Positions 1 to 10,465 of a DNA stretch of 64,000 nucleotides are shown here, one piece after another. The notes below the pieces were generated by a model. It saw only the letters and a list, made by a program, of their open reading frames with translations, ran no database searches and was not told where the DNA came from. This stretch comes from Chiloscyllium plagiosum (lineage: Eukaryota). The position numbers and the translations under genes were made by a program. How positions within the stretch are numbered: position 1 is the stretch's first letter; every line of letters starts with the position of its first letter. The stretch spans positions 8,662,494 through 8,726,493 of the forward strand of contig NC_057718.1 in the NCBI RefSeq assembly GCF_004010195.1. Direction: 5' to 3'.

Positions 1-352
1 ATGAATGGAAAACTTAAGATAGAAGCAGGGAGGTTGGTTCCACTGGCAGGTGAAACTAGAATTAAGGAGGTATAGCCTCAAAATAAGAGTGAGCAGATTT
101 AGGACAGAGTTGAGGAGGAACTCCTTCACCCAGAGAGTTGTGAATCTGTGGAATTTCCTGCCCAGTGAAGCAGCTGAGGCTACTTTGTTGAATGTTTTTA
201 AGGCAAAGATAGATAAATTTTTGAACAGTAAAGGGATTATGGGTTATGGTAAGTGGAGCTGAGGCCATGAAAAGATCAGCCATGATCTTATTGAATGCTG
301 GAGCAGGCTTGAGGGGCAAACGGCCTACTCCTGCTCCGAGTTCTTATGTTCT
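1..352 (+). mobile_element. CR1 LINE 3' end
   Basis: Peptide FRTELRRNSFTQRVVNLWNFLP (CR1 ORF2 C-terminus), 3'UTR and (TTCTTATG)-like tail. Confidence 0.85.
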
Positions 353-627
353 TGTGTTAATTATTCTCATCAGACTAGCAGGAACAAATGTAAGATGGAT
401 TTTTTTTTTACCCAATGTTGAATTGGGAGGTAAGGTATCAGTAATCTCTGAGTTTGGCCTTTCTGGGTTCACACCTCACAGCAAACATGGACAGTGGAAT
501 CAAGGGTTATGGAGATAAGGCAGGAACAGGATACTGATTAAGGATGATCAGCCATGATCATATTGAATGGTGGTGCAGGCTCGAAGGGCAGAATGGCCTA
601 CTCCTGCACCTATTGTCTATTGTCTAT

Positions 628-1587
628 TGTTTTAGCGAGGCCCTGGCTGAGGTTCCCCACTTCCGAATGGTTAACATCCCAGGTGAGGAGGGACGAACGG
701 ACTCCCTTTCTTTATTCACACAACCCCTCAGTTGGTTACAACAAGGTTAATTTTAATAGGATTCCTTTCCTTTCTGCCAAATCCGAAAGATCTTAGATTT
801 AAAGGAAACCAATTTAAGCAGGTTTTCTTGAATTAACAAAAAGATTTATTAATTCTATTAATTACTAAACATGAGAAGAATTAGTAAAATGCACATTTAA
901 GAAAGAAGAGATGATTACAAAAAGATAGAGTTTTTTTTCAAAAAAAGCAGATGTACAGATCAGTCTCTGAACTGTTGATAAAGAGTGGATAATTGGATGC
1001 TGTGGCTGTCACAGTGGAGATTAGCAGCAGCATTGACACTGATAAGTGAGCAGTCAGTTCCACAATCCTCAGTTTTATAGATTGGTTGTAAGTCTGTAAC
1101 TCTGATACCTTTCGTCCATGATTGAATTCTAGAATTCAGAATGAGAGAGACTCCTTTCTTGTCCAGGTTCCTTCTTAAATGGTTTGCAGTATGGAGGGGA
1201 TCTTTACCTGCAATGCAGGGTGACTAGAAGCATAGTCTTTAACTGTGACATTCATAATGTGCTCACATTCAAACCCAGCCTGCTACATATAAAAACATTC
1301 AGTCCCTCTTCAGTAGAGTTAAAACTGGCTTTATAACCCCTTTTCCTTGTGTATTTCTGCAGGCTAAAACAGACTTGTCTGCAAAAGATGGTTTTCTGCT
1401 GACAGAGGACCACTTCATTTTGTTAACTGTCTCCCTGTTTGAGATTTCCCTGTTGGACATGTACAACATTCTGCTGGCTTCGCACTGGACTTTGCCAGAC
1501 CTTCACTGAATTTAAATCTGCAGTATTTTCAACTGAATTTTTTTAATGTTTCTCAATACTTCAGAATTCTGGCCTCCCATGATAACA
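628..1587 (-). mobile_element. Probable 3' LTR of the adjacent Gypsy element
   Basis: TGTT...AACA termini, minus-strand AATAAA near 845, lies just downstream of the RNase H end of the Gypsy pol relic. Confidence 0.5.
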
Positions 1588-2187
1588 CTTGGCCTGCAGA
1601 ATAGATGAAATGAGGTCCATTCTCAATACAGAAAAATATGGTGGCTTAGTGATTAGTGCTGTCACCCCACAGTGCTGAGGTTCTGGGTTCAATTCGACCC
1701 TCGGGTGACTGTCAATGGGGAATTTGCACATTCGCCCTCTGTCTGCGTGGGTTTCCTCCCACAATCCAAAGGTTAGGTGGATTGGCCATGCAAAATGCAG
1801 TGTTTCTGGGATAGGGGAACAATGTGGGTGGCATGTACTCTGTGGACTTGATGGGCTAAATGGCCTGATTACACACTGTAGGGATTTTATGAATATTCAT
1901 TCCTCTGGCATTGGTCAATTAAGTATTCAGGTCTATCAAGGTCTCTTTAAGTTCTGGACAGGGCACCCACGATCCCCTCTGATTTCTCAGCAGTGTGGGT
2001 GAGTTTGAAGAGTACGACCGAAGGAACAAACTTCAACAGAATAATCTGGTGTTCTAGGCTGTAAACATTCTAATAAGTGCTCACGTGTTATGACCCGTTT
2101 AACGTGTGGATTCCCTGTTCCCATTTCAGATATTTGCCTTAAAGTGTTTGAAATCCAGTAATGAACTGAGGGTTTCCTTCTGCACCG

Positions 2188-2540
2188 TGGAGCACGGTGG
2201 CTCAGTTGCTCAGTTGCCTCACAACGCCAGGCATCCAGATTCGATTCCAGACTGGGGCGACTGTCTGTGTGGAGTCTGCACACTCTCACCATGTCTGCGT
2301 GGGTTTTCTCTGGGTGCTCCAGTTTCCTCTCACAGTCTAAAGATGTGCAGGTCAGGTGAATTGGCCATGCCAAATTGCCCCATAGTGTTCAGGTTTGTGT
2401 TGGTTAGGTACATTAGTCAGGGGAAATGTAGAGTAATAGGGTAGGGGAATGGGTCTAGGTGGGATACTCTTCGGCAGGTCGGAGTGGACTTGTTGAGCCT
2501 AATGGCCTGTTTCTATACTGTAGGGATTCTATGAATCTAT
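2188..2540 (+). mobile_element. HE1-type tRNA-derived V-SINE
   Basis: tRNA-like head (TGGCTCAGT...TTCGATTCC), V-domain GTGGAG..TGCAC..TCTC..GTGGGTTT..GGTGCTCC.GTTTCCT, CR1-like tail. Confidence 0.85.
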
Positions 2541-3215
2541 GATCCTGGTTTAGTTTATTTGGAGAAATACCCAATTGTGTGTCTATTCCAGATTCATTGT
2601 TTTGAAGGAGGACAGCCCCCTATCACAAAGGCATTGACATCGAGGGCTGCTGTCAAAGCTTCATCAAAGTTTAGAGCTGCAAGCAGAGGCTTGCTTGTTC
2701 AAATGGTATTCAGCTTTTTCAAAAACAGTTTGGCATTGCTCAGTGAATACTACCCTCGTATTTTTCCAGCATTGGTCTGTCAGTGGCACAGCCTCTGTGC
2801 TGCAATTTGGGGCAACTTTCGATCGAACTGCCCCATTTCCAAAAATGTCCTGATTTCCCATTTTGTTGCGTGAATGGGGATCTGTGATGCTGCCTGTACC
2901 TTTGCAGCAGTACGGGATTATCACCCACAGTGCGCCCTGGGTAGGCCATGAGACCGTTAATGCTCTCCTCGCTCCTGGTGAGATTGGCACTGGGTCAGCC
3001 AGACTGTACCCCCCAGGAGAGGGATTCCAGTTGGATCTGAATGTGTTTCCGAGGTGTCGCTAGGCACCAAGAACTCATCTAGATGCAGGACATAATTCAA
3101 TAAACCCACCACGACAGGTAAGGGTGCAAAAGATTTTTAAAAAAGATAAAAAGAAAGAAAAGGAAAAGAAAAAGAAGCAAAATACAGAAACAAAAGTAAA
3201 CCTGCCATGATCAGG

Positions 3216-3428
3216 ATCGATTTGGAGATGCCGGTGTTGGACTGTGGTGGACAAAGTTAAAACTTGCACAACACCAGGTTATAGTCCAACAGATTTAATT
3301 GGAAGCATTAGCTTTCAGAGCGACGCTCCTTCATCAGGACAATCACTTGATGAAGGAGCAGTGCTCCGAAAGCTTGTGATTCCAAATAAACCTGTTGGAC
3401 TATAAGCTGGTGTTGTGTGATTTTTAAC
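3216..3428. mobile_element. PLE family B fold-back terminus with two opposed HHR-like motifs
   Basis: Inverted arms (ACAACACCAGGTTATAGTCCAACAG / CTGTTGGACTATAAGCTGGTGTTGT) converging on GATGAAGGAGC..GCTCCGAAAGCT; flanked by ATCAGGA. Confidence 0.75.
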
Positions 3429-3656
3429 AATCAGGAGCACCATTCTTTGAAACGTGGCTGGAGAACTTCCAACCCTGAGTGGCCCAACACTTGTATAACT
3501 TGGCTGGAGTTACGAGGGTGAAAGTTTCTTTCACACGGGCTGTCAGGGGAACCTGCCAGAATCATAGAATCCCTACAGCATAGAAACAGGCCATTCGGCC
3601 CAACAAGTCCACATCGACCCTCTGAAGAGTAACCCACCCAGACCTATATTTACTTA

Positions 3657-3863
3657 TGGAGAAAGTGAGGACTGCAGATGCTGGAAATCAGAGCTGAAAA
3701 ATATGTTGCTGGAAAAGTGCAGCAGGTCAGGCAGCATCCAAGGAGCAGGAGAATCGACGTTTCAGGCATAGGCCTAAAGAAGGGCTTATGCCTTACACAT
3801 CGATTCTCCTGCTCCTTGGATGCTGCCCGACCTGCTGCGCTTTTCCAGCAACACATTTTTCAG
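3657..3863. mobile_element. PLE family A fold-back terminus
   Basis: ~85-bp inverted arms; CTATATTT duplicated at 3644 and 3864. Confidence 0.8.
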
Positions 3864-4012
3864 CTATATTTGCCCCTGACTAATGCACCTAGGCTACACA
3901 TCCCTGAACACTATGAGCAATTTAGCATAGCCAGTTCACCTAACCAGCACATCTTTGGACTGCGGGAGGAAACCGGAGCACCTGGAGGAAATCCATGCAG
4001 ACATGGGGATAA

Positions 4013-4269
4013 TTAGATTACTTACAGATTAGATTACTTACAGTGTGGAAACAGGCCCTTTGGCCCAACAAGTCCACACCAACCCGCCGAAGCGCAACCC
4101 ACCCATACCCCTACATTTACCCCTTTAACCTAACACTATGGGCAATTTAGCATGGCCAATTCACCTGACCCGCACATCTTTTGGACTGTGGGAGGAAACC
4201 GGAGCACCCGGAGGAAACCCACGCAGACACGGGGAGAATGTGCAAACTCCACACAGTCAGTCGCCTGAT
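4013..4269 (-). mobile_element. Young 5'-truncated HE1-type SINE
   Basis: V-domain with intact CpGs, (TAATC)-like tail; head missing beyond TCAGGCGACTG. Confidence 0.85.
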
Positions 4270-4548
4270 TCCGGCTTCGGGATGGCCACGCCCCCTGGAT
4301 CTGCTCCCGCTCCTTCCGGAAGCAGCTCGTAAGCCCCGCCTCTGGGAGCCAAACCTCTTTCCTCCAAGCGCACCAAACCCCGCCCTTTCGCCACGGACTC
4401 CGCGCGAGTCAAGACCACGCCCCCTGCCCGCATGCGCAACCGCCCACAAAGCCGCGCGCCTCCAGGCTCGACGCGCGCACCGCCCGCTGACCCGGACCGC
4501 TGCTGAGTCCTTCATCTTTTAGAAGGGGTTGCAGGTTTCAGTTCATCA
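4270..4548. promoter_or_regulatory. CpG-island/promoter-like fragment
   Basis: About 29 CpG in 4270-4500; GC/KLF boxes CCACGCCC and CCCCGCCC, ETS CCGGAAG, NRF1-like CGCATGCGC. Confidence 0.5.
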
Positions 4549-5145
4549 ATGTTGAAACTCCACACAGACAGTTGCCCGAGGCAGGAATTGAACCCAAGTC
4601 CCTGGCACTGTGAGGCAGCAGTGCTAACCGCCAGTCTTCCTCCAGTAAATCCATCTTGGTAATGTAGCAGACTTGCCCTACCTTCTCTCTGTCTCTCGGC
4701 AACCCTCCAGCTGATGTATTGGGTCAGTTCTGGTCATTGTAATAACTTCATTCATGGTAGTTAACTGTCCAGCTTGGCTGTGAGCACAATAGGGAGCTCC
4801 AGCTCTGCCTGTGAGGCTCTGTTTGTTGGTGCTCCAGCCTGTGGCTAAGCTCCTCCCAAACCTGGGCCAGCCTTTCAGGGTCTAGCCAATAGGAATGTTG
4901 CATTATGGGAGGGGTCTCTCCCACATCAAGTCAAGATAGAAAGCTCCAGCTTGGCATGTCTCTGCACAAGATCCTGAGAGCCATCTCATTAAGTCTGCTC
5001 ACTGTTCTGCACTGAGACCAGCAAATAAGGAGACCCAGTTTGCGACCATTTCTGTATTATTTAGTCGAGTAGTAGAGGGCTCAATGTGGTCCTTGCTCAT
5101 GTCATCCCCACTGATGCTCTCATCCTCTCGGTCAGCGATAATGGG

Positions 5146-5295
5146 TGGGTGGCACGGTGGCACAGTGGTTAGCACTGCTGCCTCACAGCGCCAGAGACCT
5201 GGGTTCAATTCCCACCTCAGGTGACTGACTGTGTGGAGTTTGCACATTCTCCCGTGTCTGCGTGGGTTTCCTCCAGGTGCTCCGGTTTCCTCTCA
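5146..5295 (+). mobile_element. HE1-type SINE, 5' half
   Basis: GGCACGGTGGCACAGTGGTTAGCACTGCTGCCTCACAG head and V-domain. Confidence 0.85.
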
Positions 5296-5903
5296 GTGTG
5301 GGGTCTTTTAAATGCTGGAGAAAAGTTTTGGCTAACCAGGCTGAAGGATTTTCTGTTTGCAGAAAATGTCCCCTCAGCTCCCTACTTACCGAGCTACTGT
5401 GGCCATAGATTGTGGGAGCATCCAGCCATGGAGAATGCTGGACTCTTTCTCCTGTAGTTGCTCAGCCTTCCTCATCTCACCTCACTGGGCCCCTCAAAGA
5501 TCATCGCGGGTACTATTATCTTTGATCCCAGTAGTTCATTACTGAGCCCAGGTTGATTCCATCCATGGGCAGAATGGGGAGGAATCCCACAGTGACAGCA
5601 CAAGGGTTGCATCCTACGTGGACCTGGTAAAGGGAGATGGGAGGTGGGCATGTCTCCTCCCTCAATCTCCTTTACTGCCAGTTTGGCAGTCGTGCACACT
5701 CTGAAGGGAAAGTCATTTCTTCTGCTAGCAGGAGAGACTGATCATCCTCACTATCTCTTAGTATCTCAACAGACTTTCTCATCCTATCCTGGGGAAATAA
5801 GGCCATTTTTCCCTTGGAAACAAAATCCTACTATCTCTCAGACAGCACCTTTCAAACCTGTGGCCTCTCCCATCTAGAGAAGGACAAGGGCAGCAAGTAC
5901 ATG

Positions 5904-6246
5904 AGTCAAGATTAGTGTGGTGCTGGAAAAATACAGCAGGTCAGGCAGCATCCGAGGAGCAGGAAAATCGATGTTTCAGGCAGGAGCCCTTCATCAGGAA
6001 TGAGATTGAAGGAGCAGATTGCCCATCTCCCTTAACCAGGGTCACCTGTGGTGCAACCCTTGTGCTGTGACTGTGGGATTCCTCCCCATTCTGCCCATGG
6101 ATGGAATCGACCTCATTCCTGATGATGGGCTCCTGCCCGAAATGTCGATTTTCCTGCTCCTCGGATGCTGCCTGACCTGTTGCGTTTTTCCAGCACTACT
6201 CTAATCTTGACTCTAATCTCCAGCATCTGCAGTCCTCATTTTCGCC
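5904..6246. mobile_element. PLE family A fold-back with ~110-bp captured local DNA in the loop
   Basis: Inverted arms ~5904-6004 and ~6112-6212; 13-bp TSD CAGCAAGTACATG (5891-5903, 6247-6259). Confidence 0.85.
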
Positions 6247-6765
6247 CAGCAAGTACATGGGAATAGCACCAATTATAAGTTCCCCACCAAACCACTCACC
6301 ATCCTGGTTTGGAAATATATTACTGTTTCTTTAGCATCACTGGGTCAAAATTCTGGAATTCCCTCCCCATGGGCATTGTGTGTCCAAAATAGAGGAAGAC
6401 GAAACAATGATCTCATTCAACGTAATAGCACTGTTCACCTCCATCAACATCGACCTGGCAAAGGAAACACTTACCACACTTTTAGAAGAGACCATCACAC
6501 ACACCCCAACCACCATCAATCACATTACCAAAAAAAACATCATGAAGCTAGTGGGCCTGAGCCTCACCATCCACTTCACCTTCAACAACATAATCTACAA
6601 ACAAACCAACGGCACACCCATGGGATCTCCACTATCAGGATTCATAGCAGAAGCGGTAATGCAAAGACTAGAACAAACAGCCCTACCAACCATCAAACCA
6701 AAAATCTGGGTCCGCTACGTAGATGACACCTTTGTCATCACAAAACGAAACAAGATAGAAGAGAC

Positions 6766-7290
6766 NNNNNNNNNNNNNNNNNNNNNNNNNNNNNNNNNNN
6801 NNNNNNNNNNNNNNNNNNNNNNNNNNNNNNNNNNNNNNNNNNNNNNNNNNNNNNNNNNNNNNNNNNNNNNNNNNNNNNNNNNNNNNNNNNNNNNNNNNNN
6901 NNNNNNNNNNNNNNNNNNNNNNNNNNNNNNNNNNNNNNNNNNNNNNNNNNNNNNNNNNNNNNNNNNNNNNNNNNNNNNNNNNNNNNNNNNNNNNNNNNNN
7001 NNNNNNNNNNNNNNNNNNNNNNNNNNNNNNNNNNNNNNNNNNNNNNNNNNNNNNNNNNNNNNNNNNNNNNNNNNNNNNNNNNNNNNNNNNNNNNNNNNNN
7101 NNNNNNNNNNNNNNNNNNNNNNNNNNNNNNNNNNNNNNNNNNNNNNNNNNNNNNNNNNNNNNNNNNNNNNNNNNNNNNNNNNNNNNNNNNNNNNNNNNNN
7201 NNNNNNNNNNNNNNNNNNNNNNNNNNNNNNNNNNNNNNNNNNNNNNNNNNNNNNNNNNNNNNNNNNNNNNNNNNNNNNNNNNNNNNNNNN
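6766..7290. other. Assembly gap (other gaps: 11221-11238, 19320-19819, 45537-45599)
   Basis: Run of N. Confidence 1.
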
Positions 7291-7414
7291 TCCACATATC
7301 AACCCCTCAGAAAATGAACAGGAAATGACATCACCACAAACCCCAGGAACCCCATCCAGGACAAACATATAAATAGAAAGCAGGAGACAACAGCTTTGCT
7401 TCACTTGGAGGTCG

Positions 7415-7454
7415 CCACTGATGATGTTACCTAGCCAGGTAATGAAACGTCTGG
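7415..7454 (+). ncRNA. Minimal type I hammerhead ribozyme (family C)
   Basis: CCA-CTGATGA-T-GTTACC(TAGCCA)GGTAAT-GAA-ACGT-C-TGG: intact core, stem I CCA/TGG, stem II, palindromic ACGT stem III, GUC site. Confidence 0.8.
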
Positions 7455-7706
7455 ATATCAAACCTACAGCTCAGCGAGCAAACTTACACCCTAAACCTCA
7501 ACCTGAGCTACAAACCTTCACAAACCTTGCATTGTGTGTCTATATACAGCACATGGACAACAGTGGTTCAAGAGGGCAGCTCACTACATTCTCAAGGGGT
7601 AACAAGGGGTGTACCCAAATAGCGATGTCCATAGCCCATAAATTAATTATTTAAAATATTAGAATGGATCTTAGGGCAACACCTTCAAGAAAATTACATT
7701 ACCATT

Positions 7707-7786
7707 GTTGAAACTTTATTGCTGGAACAGCACAGCAGGTCAGGCAGCATCTAGGGAACAGGAGATTCGACGTTTCGGGCACAGGC
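7707..7786 (-). mobile_element. PLE family A terminal fragment between ~65-bp direct repeats
   Basis: GCTGGAACAGCACAGCAGGTCAGGCAGCATC...CGACGTTTCGGGC; 7633-7700 repeated at 7787-7855. Confidence 0.75.
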
Positions 7787-8189
7787 AGCCCATAAATTAA
7801 TTATTTAAAATATTAGAATGGATCTTAGGGCAACACCTTCAAGAAAATTACCATTACTGTTGGCATCATGTACACAGGAGGCAGTGGGGTGGCGGGTAAA
7901 ACCACTGGGCTAGTAATCCAAACCCACTCCCCTCAATGCTGCCCACCCACCACCCCACCCCCCCACCACCCCAGGTTAATCCTTAAAGGAATGGGTTTAA
8001 ATCCCACCCGACCAAATGGTTAAAGTTTGAATCCATTAAAATTCTGGAATTAAAAAACAAATGTTATGGCTATTGTGTAACCATTGGTAAAAACCCATTT
8101 GGCTCATTAATGCCCTCTAATGAAGGAAATTTGCCAAACCCACCTGGTCTGACTGAACCAGAACAAAATCAAAAACAGCAAGCAGACGA

Positions 8190-8477
8190 ACAGTGGTTAG
8201 CACTGCTGCCTCACAGCGCCAGAGACCCGGGTTCAATTCCCACCTCAGACGACTGACTGTGTGGAGTTTGCACATTCTCTCCATGTCTGCGTGGGTTTCC
8301 TCCAGGTGCTCCGGTTTCCTCCCACAGTCCAAAAATGTGCAGGTTAGGTGAATTGGCCATGCTAAATTGCCCATAGTGTTAGGTGTAGGGGAATGGGTCT
8401 GGGTGCGTTGCGCTTTGGCGGGTCGGTGTGGACTTGTTGGGCCGAAGGGCCTGTTTCCACACTGTAAGTAATCTAAA
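8190..8477 (+). mobile_element. HE1-type SINE
   Basis: tRNA head, V-domain, tail. Confidence 0.9.
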
Positions 8478-8585
8478 AGAAGCTATTTGGCCCTTGGCTC
8501 CTTGTGATTGTGGCTGGAAGAACAACACCTCACTTTCTGTTTGGAAACACTGCAGTCTTCTGGACTCAACACAGTACTGAGTTTA

Positions 8586-8776
8586 ATGATTTGGAGATGC
8601 CGGTGTTGGACTAGGGTGTACACACACAGACACAAAGACCCACATGCACACATATACATATACATATACGTTTGTGCGGTGAATTTGTACTTGCAGAGTT
8701 ATATTGTACTTTGTTCAAAAACTGCATGAATTCATGTAAAACTCTGTTACCACCTGGTGTTGTGTGATTTTTAACA
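8586..8776. mobile_element. PLE family B terminal fragment with inverted end
   Basis: ATTTGGAGATGCCGGTGTTGGACT start and CTGGTGTTGTGTGATTTTTAAC end, shared with 3216-3428. Confidence 0.6.
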
Positions 8777-9055
8777 ATAATTTTAAGGCCTCAGCACCTT
8801 TGCCCAACCCCCACACACCAGCCTTTGTGATCACATGCTACCACAGACAACCATTGTCAGCTCCTAATGGTCCCCATTAGCACCTAGTCTTTCTCCCAGG
8901 CTAACCTCCTTTACCCACTCCTTTGTCCGTCCAACTGTTTTGCTGTCTCTCTCTCTCTCTCTCTGGGCTTCATCTCCACTCCTCACTTACTCCTTTCCCT
9001 CCCCCACCTCATCTTCAGCATACACAGTACAGCAACATTTTCCGAGCTATAATCA

Positions 9056-9091
9056 GTTCTGAAGAAGGGTCACTGGAACCAAAACATTAAC
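9056..9091 (+). ncRNA. Degenerate hammerhead motif (PLE family D terminus; relative at ~36293-36330)
   Basis: GTT-CTGAAGA-AGGGTC(ACTG)GAACC-AAAACATT-AAC; GAAA mutated. Confidence 0.45.
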
Positions 9092-9597
9092 TTTGCTTTC
9101 TCTCCACAGATGCAGCCAGACCCTGCTGAGTTTTTCCAGGAATTTCTGTATTTGATTCGGTTCCTGCTTTCTCTCCATACTCTTTGATCCCTTTAGCTCT
9201 AAGAACAATAAGATCTCCCTCGTGAAAACATGATCTCAACTGTTTCGTGTGGCAGTCAATGCCACAGGCTCCCCACTCTCCTCAGCTCAGTCCTAAATGG
9301 CCTATTCCCCCCCCCTATCCTTAGACGGTAATCCCCTGGTTCAGTTCCCCCACCCTGATCATCATATTCCTATAAATGACTCCAAACTGAGTAACAAAGA
9401 CTGGCTTAGCCAGAGACTCCCACATTCTACGAACAAATGAAATAATAAAATGTAATGATTTGTGCTTTGCCTAGAATATTTTTGACATTAGTGTTGATAA
9501 AAGAAGCCTTGATAGATAAACAAACATTGAATGTTTTATCTATGTTCACATAAATGGCATGATATCTTCAACTCTGTATCTGATGCACTGAATTTAG

Positions 9598-9696
9598 GTT
9601 TTGTCATAAACTCTATTTATCATCAAGTTTCGGTGTTCTGTTTTACGGAGATAACTTTAGAAAGGAAGATGAGCAGCTCTCTTTGTTGAGGAGTAT
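9598..9696 (+). CDS. Predicted penultimate exon of an unidentified + strand gene (FCHKLYLSSSFGVLFYGDNFRKEDEQLSLLRS)
   Basis: tttag| acceptor, |gtgagt donor, 99 nt open, phase 2-2, joins in frame to 14798; non-repetitive island. Confidence 0.6.
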
Positions 9697-10074
9697 GTGA
9701 GTGAAATCAGAAATAATCCCCGAAAGGGATCCTCCTACTGGGACAGAAAGTCACTTTAGAAAGAAAGGACTTGCTGTTTCGACACAGCCCTTCACAACCT
9801 CAAGACATCCCGAAGTACTTTTGAATGCTGTTGGAATGTGGGGAAAATGCAGCATGCCTTCAGCACATAGCCAGATCCCACAAATAGCCACGTGGCCATG
9901 ACCAGACCATTTGCTCGAGTGATGTCTGTGTAAGATAGATGCTTTCCGAGGCCCCAGGAGCAGCCCCTTTACTCTATCTCAACAGGTTCAGTGGAGTTTT
10001 CCTCAAACACCCAGGAGGGATGGCAGATTCTCGGTGTAAAATACTGCACATCTGCTTCAACAGTGCAGGAGTCC

Positions 10075-10355
10075 ATGTTGGCTCAGTGGTTAGCACTGCT
10101 GACTCCCAACAATAGGGACCTGGGTTCGAATCTACCCTCAGGTGACTGTGTGAGGTTTGTACGTTCTCCCTGTGTCTGCGTGGGTTTCCTCCCACCAGAC
10201 AAAGATGTGCAGGTTATGTAGACTGGCCAAAGTACATTGCTCATAGCGTCCAGGGATATGCAAGCTAGGTGGGTTAGCCATAGGAAATGCAGGGTTATAC
10301 AGTAGGTGGAGGGTCAGTGTGACTCAATGGGCTGAATGACCTGTTTTTACACAGT
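10075..10355 (+). mobile_element. Diverged HE1-type SINE
   Basis: TGGCTCAGTGGTTAGCAC head, GGTTCGAATC B-box, V-domain. Confidence 0.75.
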
Positions 10356-10465
10356 AAAACACCAGCCCAACTTTGGCACTAAAGTACCCGGAGTGGGTTA
10401 GAGCCCATAACCACATCACTCCAGCTGAGATGATTGACTCAGTTGGCTGGACAGCTGGTTGTTTA

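Larger units (their letters stand above)
3560..4632 (-). mobile_element. Older HE1-type SINE containing a PLE fold-back and a younger SINE/CpG chimera
   Basis: SINE tail at 3560-3650, body 3865-4012, head 4553-4632. Confidence 0.75.
1940..5700 (-). mobile_element. Decayed Gypsy (Gmr1-like) LTR retrotransposon pol, split by SINEs and PLE insertions
   Basis: Frameshifted fragments in order: protease end VTVGFLPILPMDGI (~5600), DVGETPPIMQHSYWLDP (~4900), EKVGQVCYITKMDLL (~4660), WQVPLTARVKE...SPATFQR (~3500), TKWEIRTFLEM/FTEQCQTVFEK (~2800), RNase H end GIVGALSR* (~1960). Confidence 0.85.
6385..7528 (+). mobile_element. Penelope-like element family C (Penelope/Poseidon-type RT), 5'-truncated, spanning an N gap
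   Basis: RT motifs SFNVIALFTSI, QTNGTPMGSPLSG, WVRYVDDTF; terminal repeat with HHR; 12-bp TSD GCATTGTGTGTC (6373-6384, 7529-7540). Confidence 0.9.

Noticed and set aside
5560..5605. CCHCGIPPHSAHGW as a gag zinc knuckle
   Set aside because: Another frame (VTVGFLPILPMDGI) fits the Gypsy protease C-terminus and its downstream linker better.
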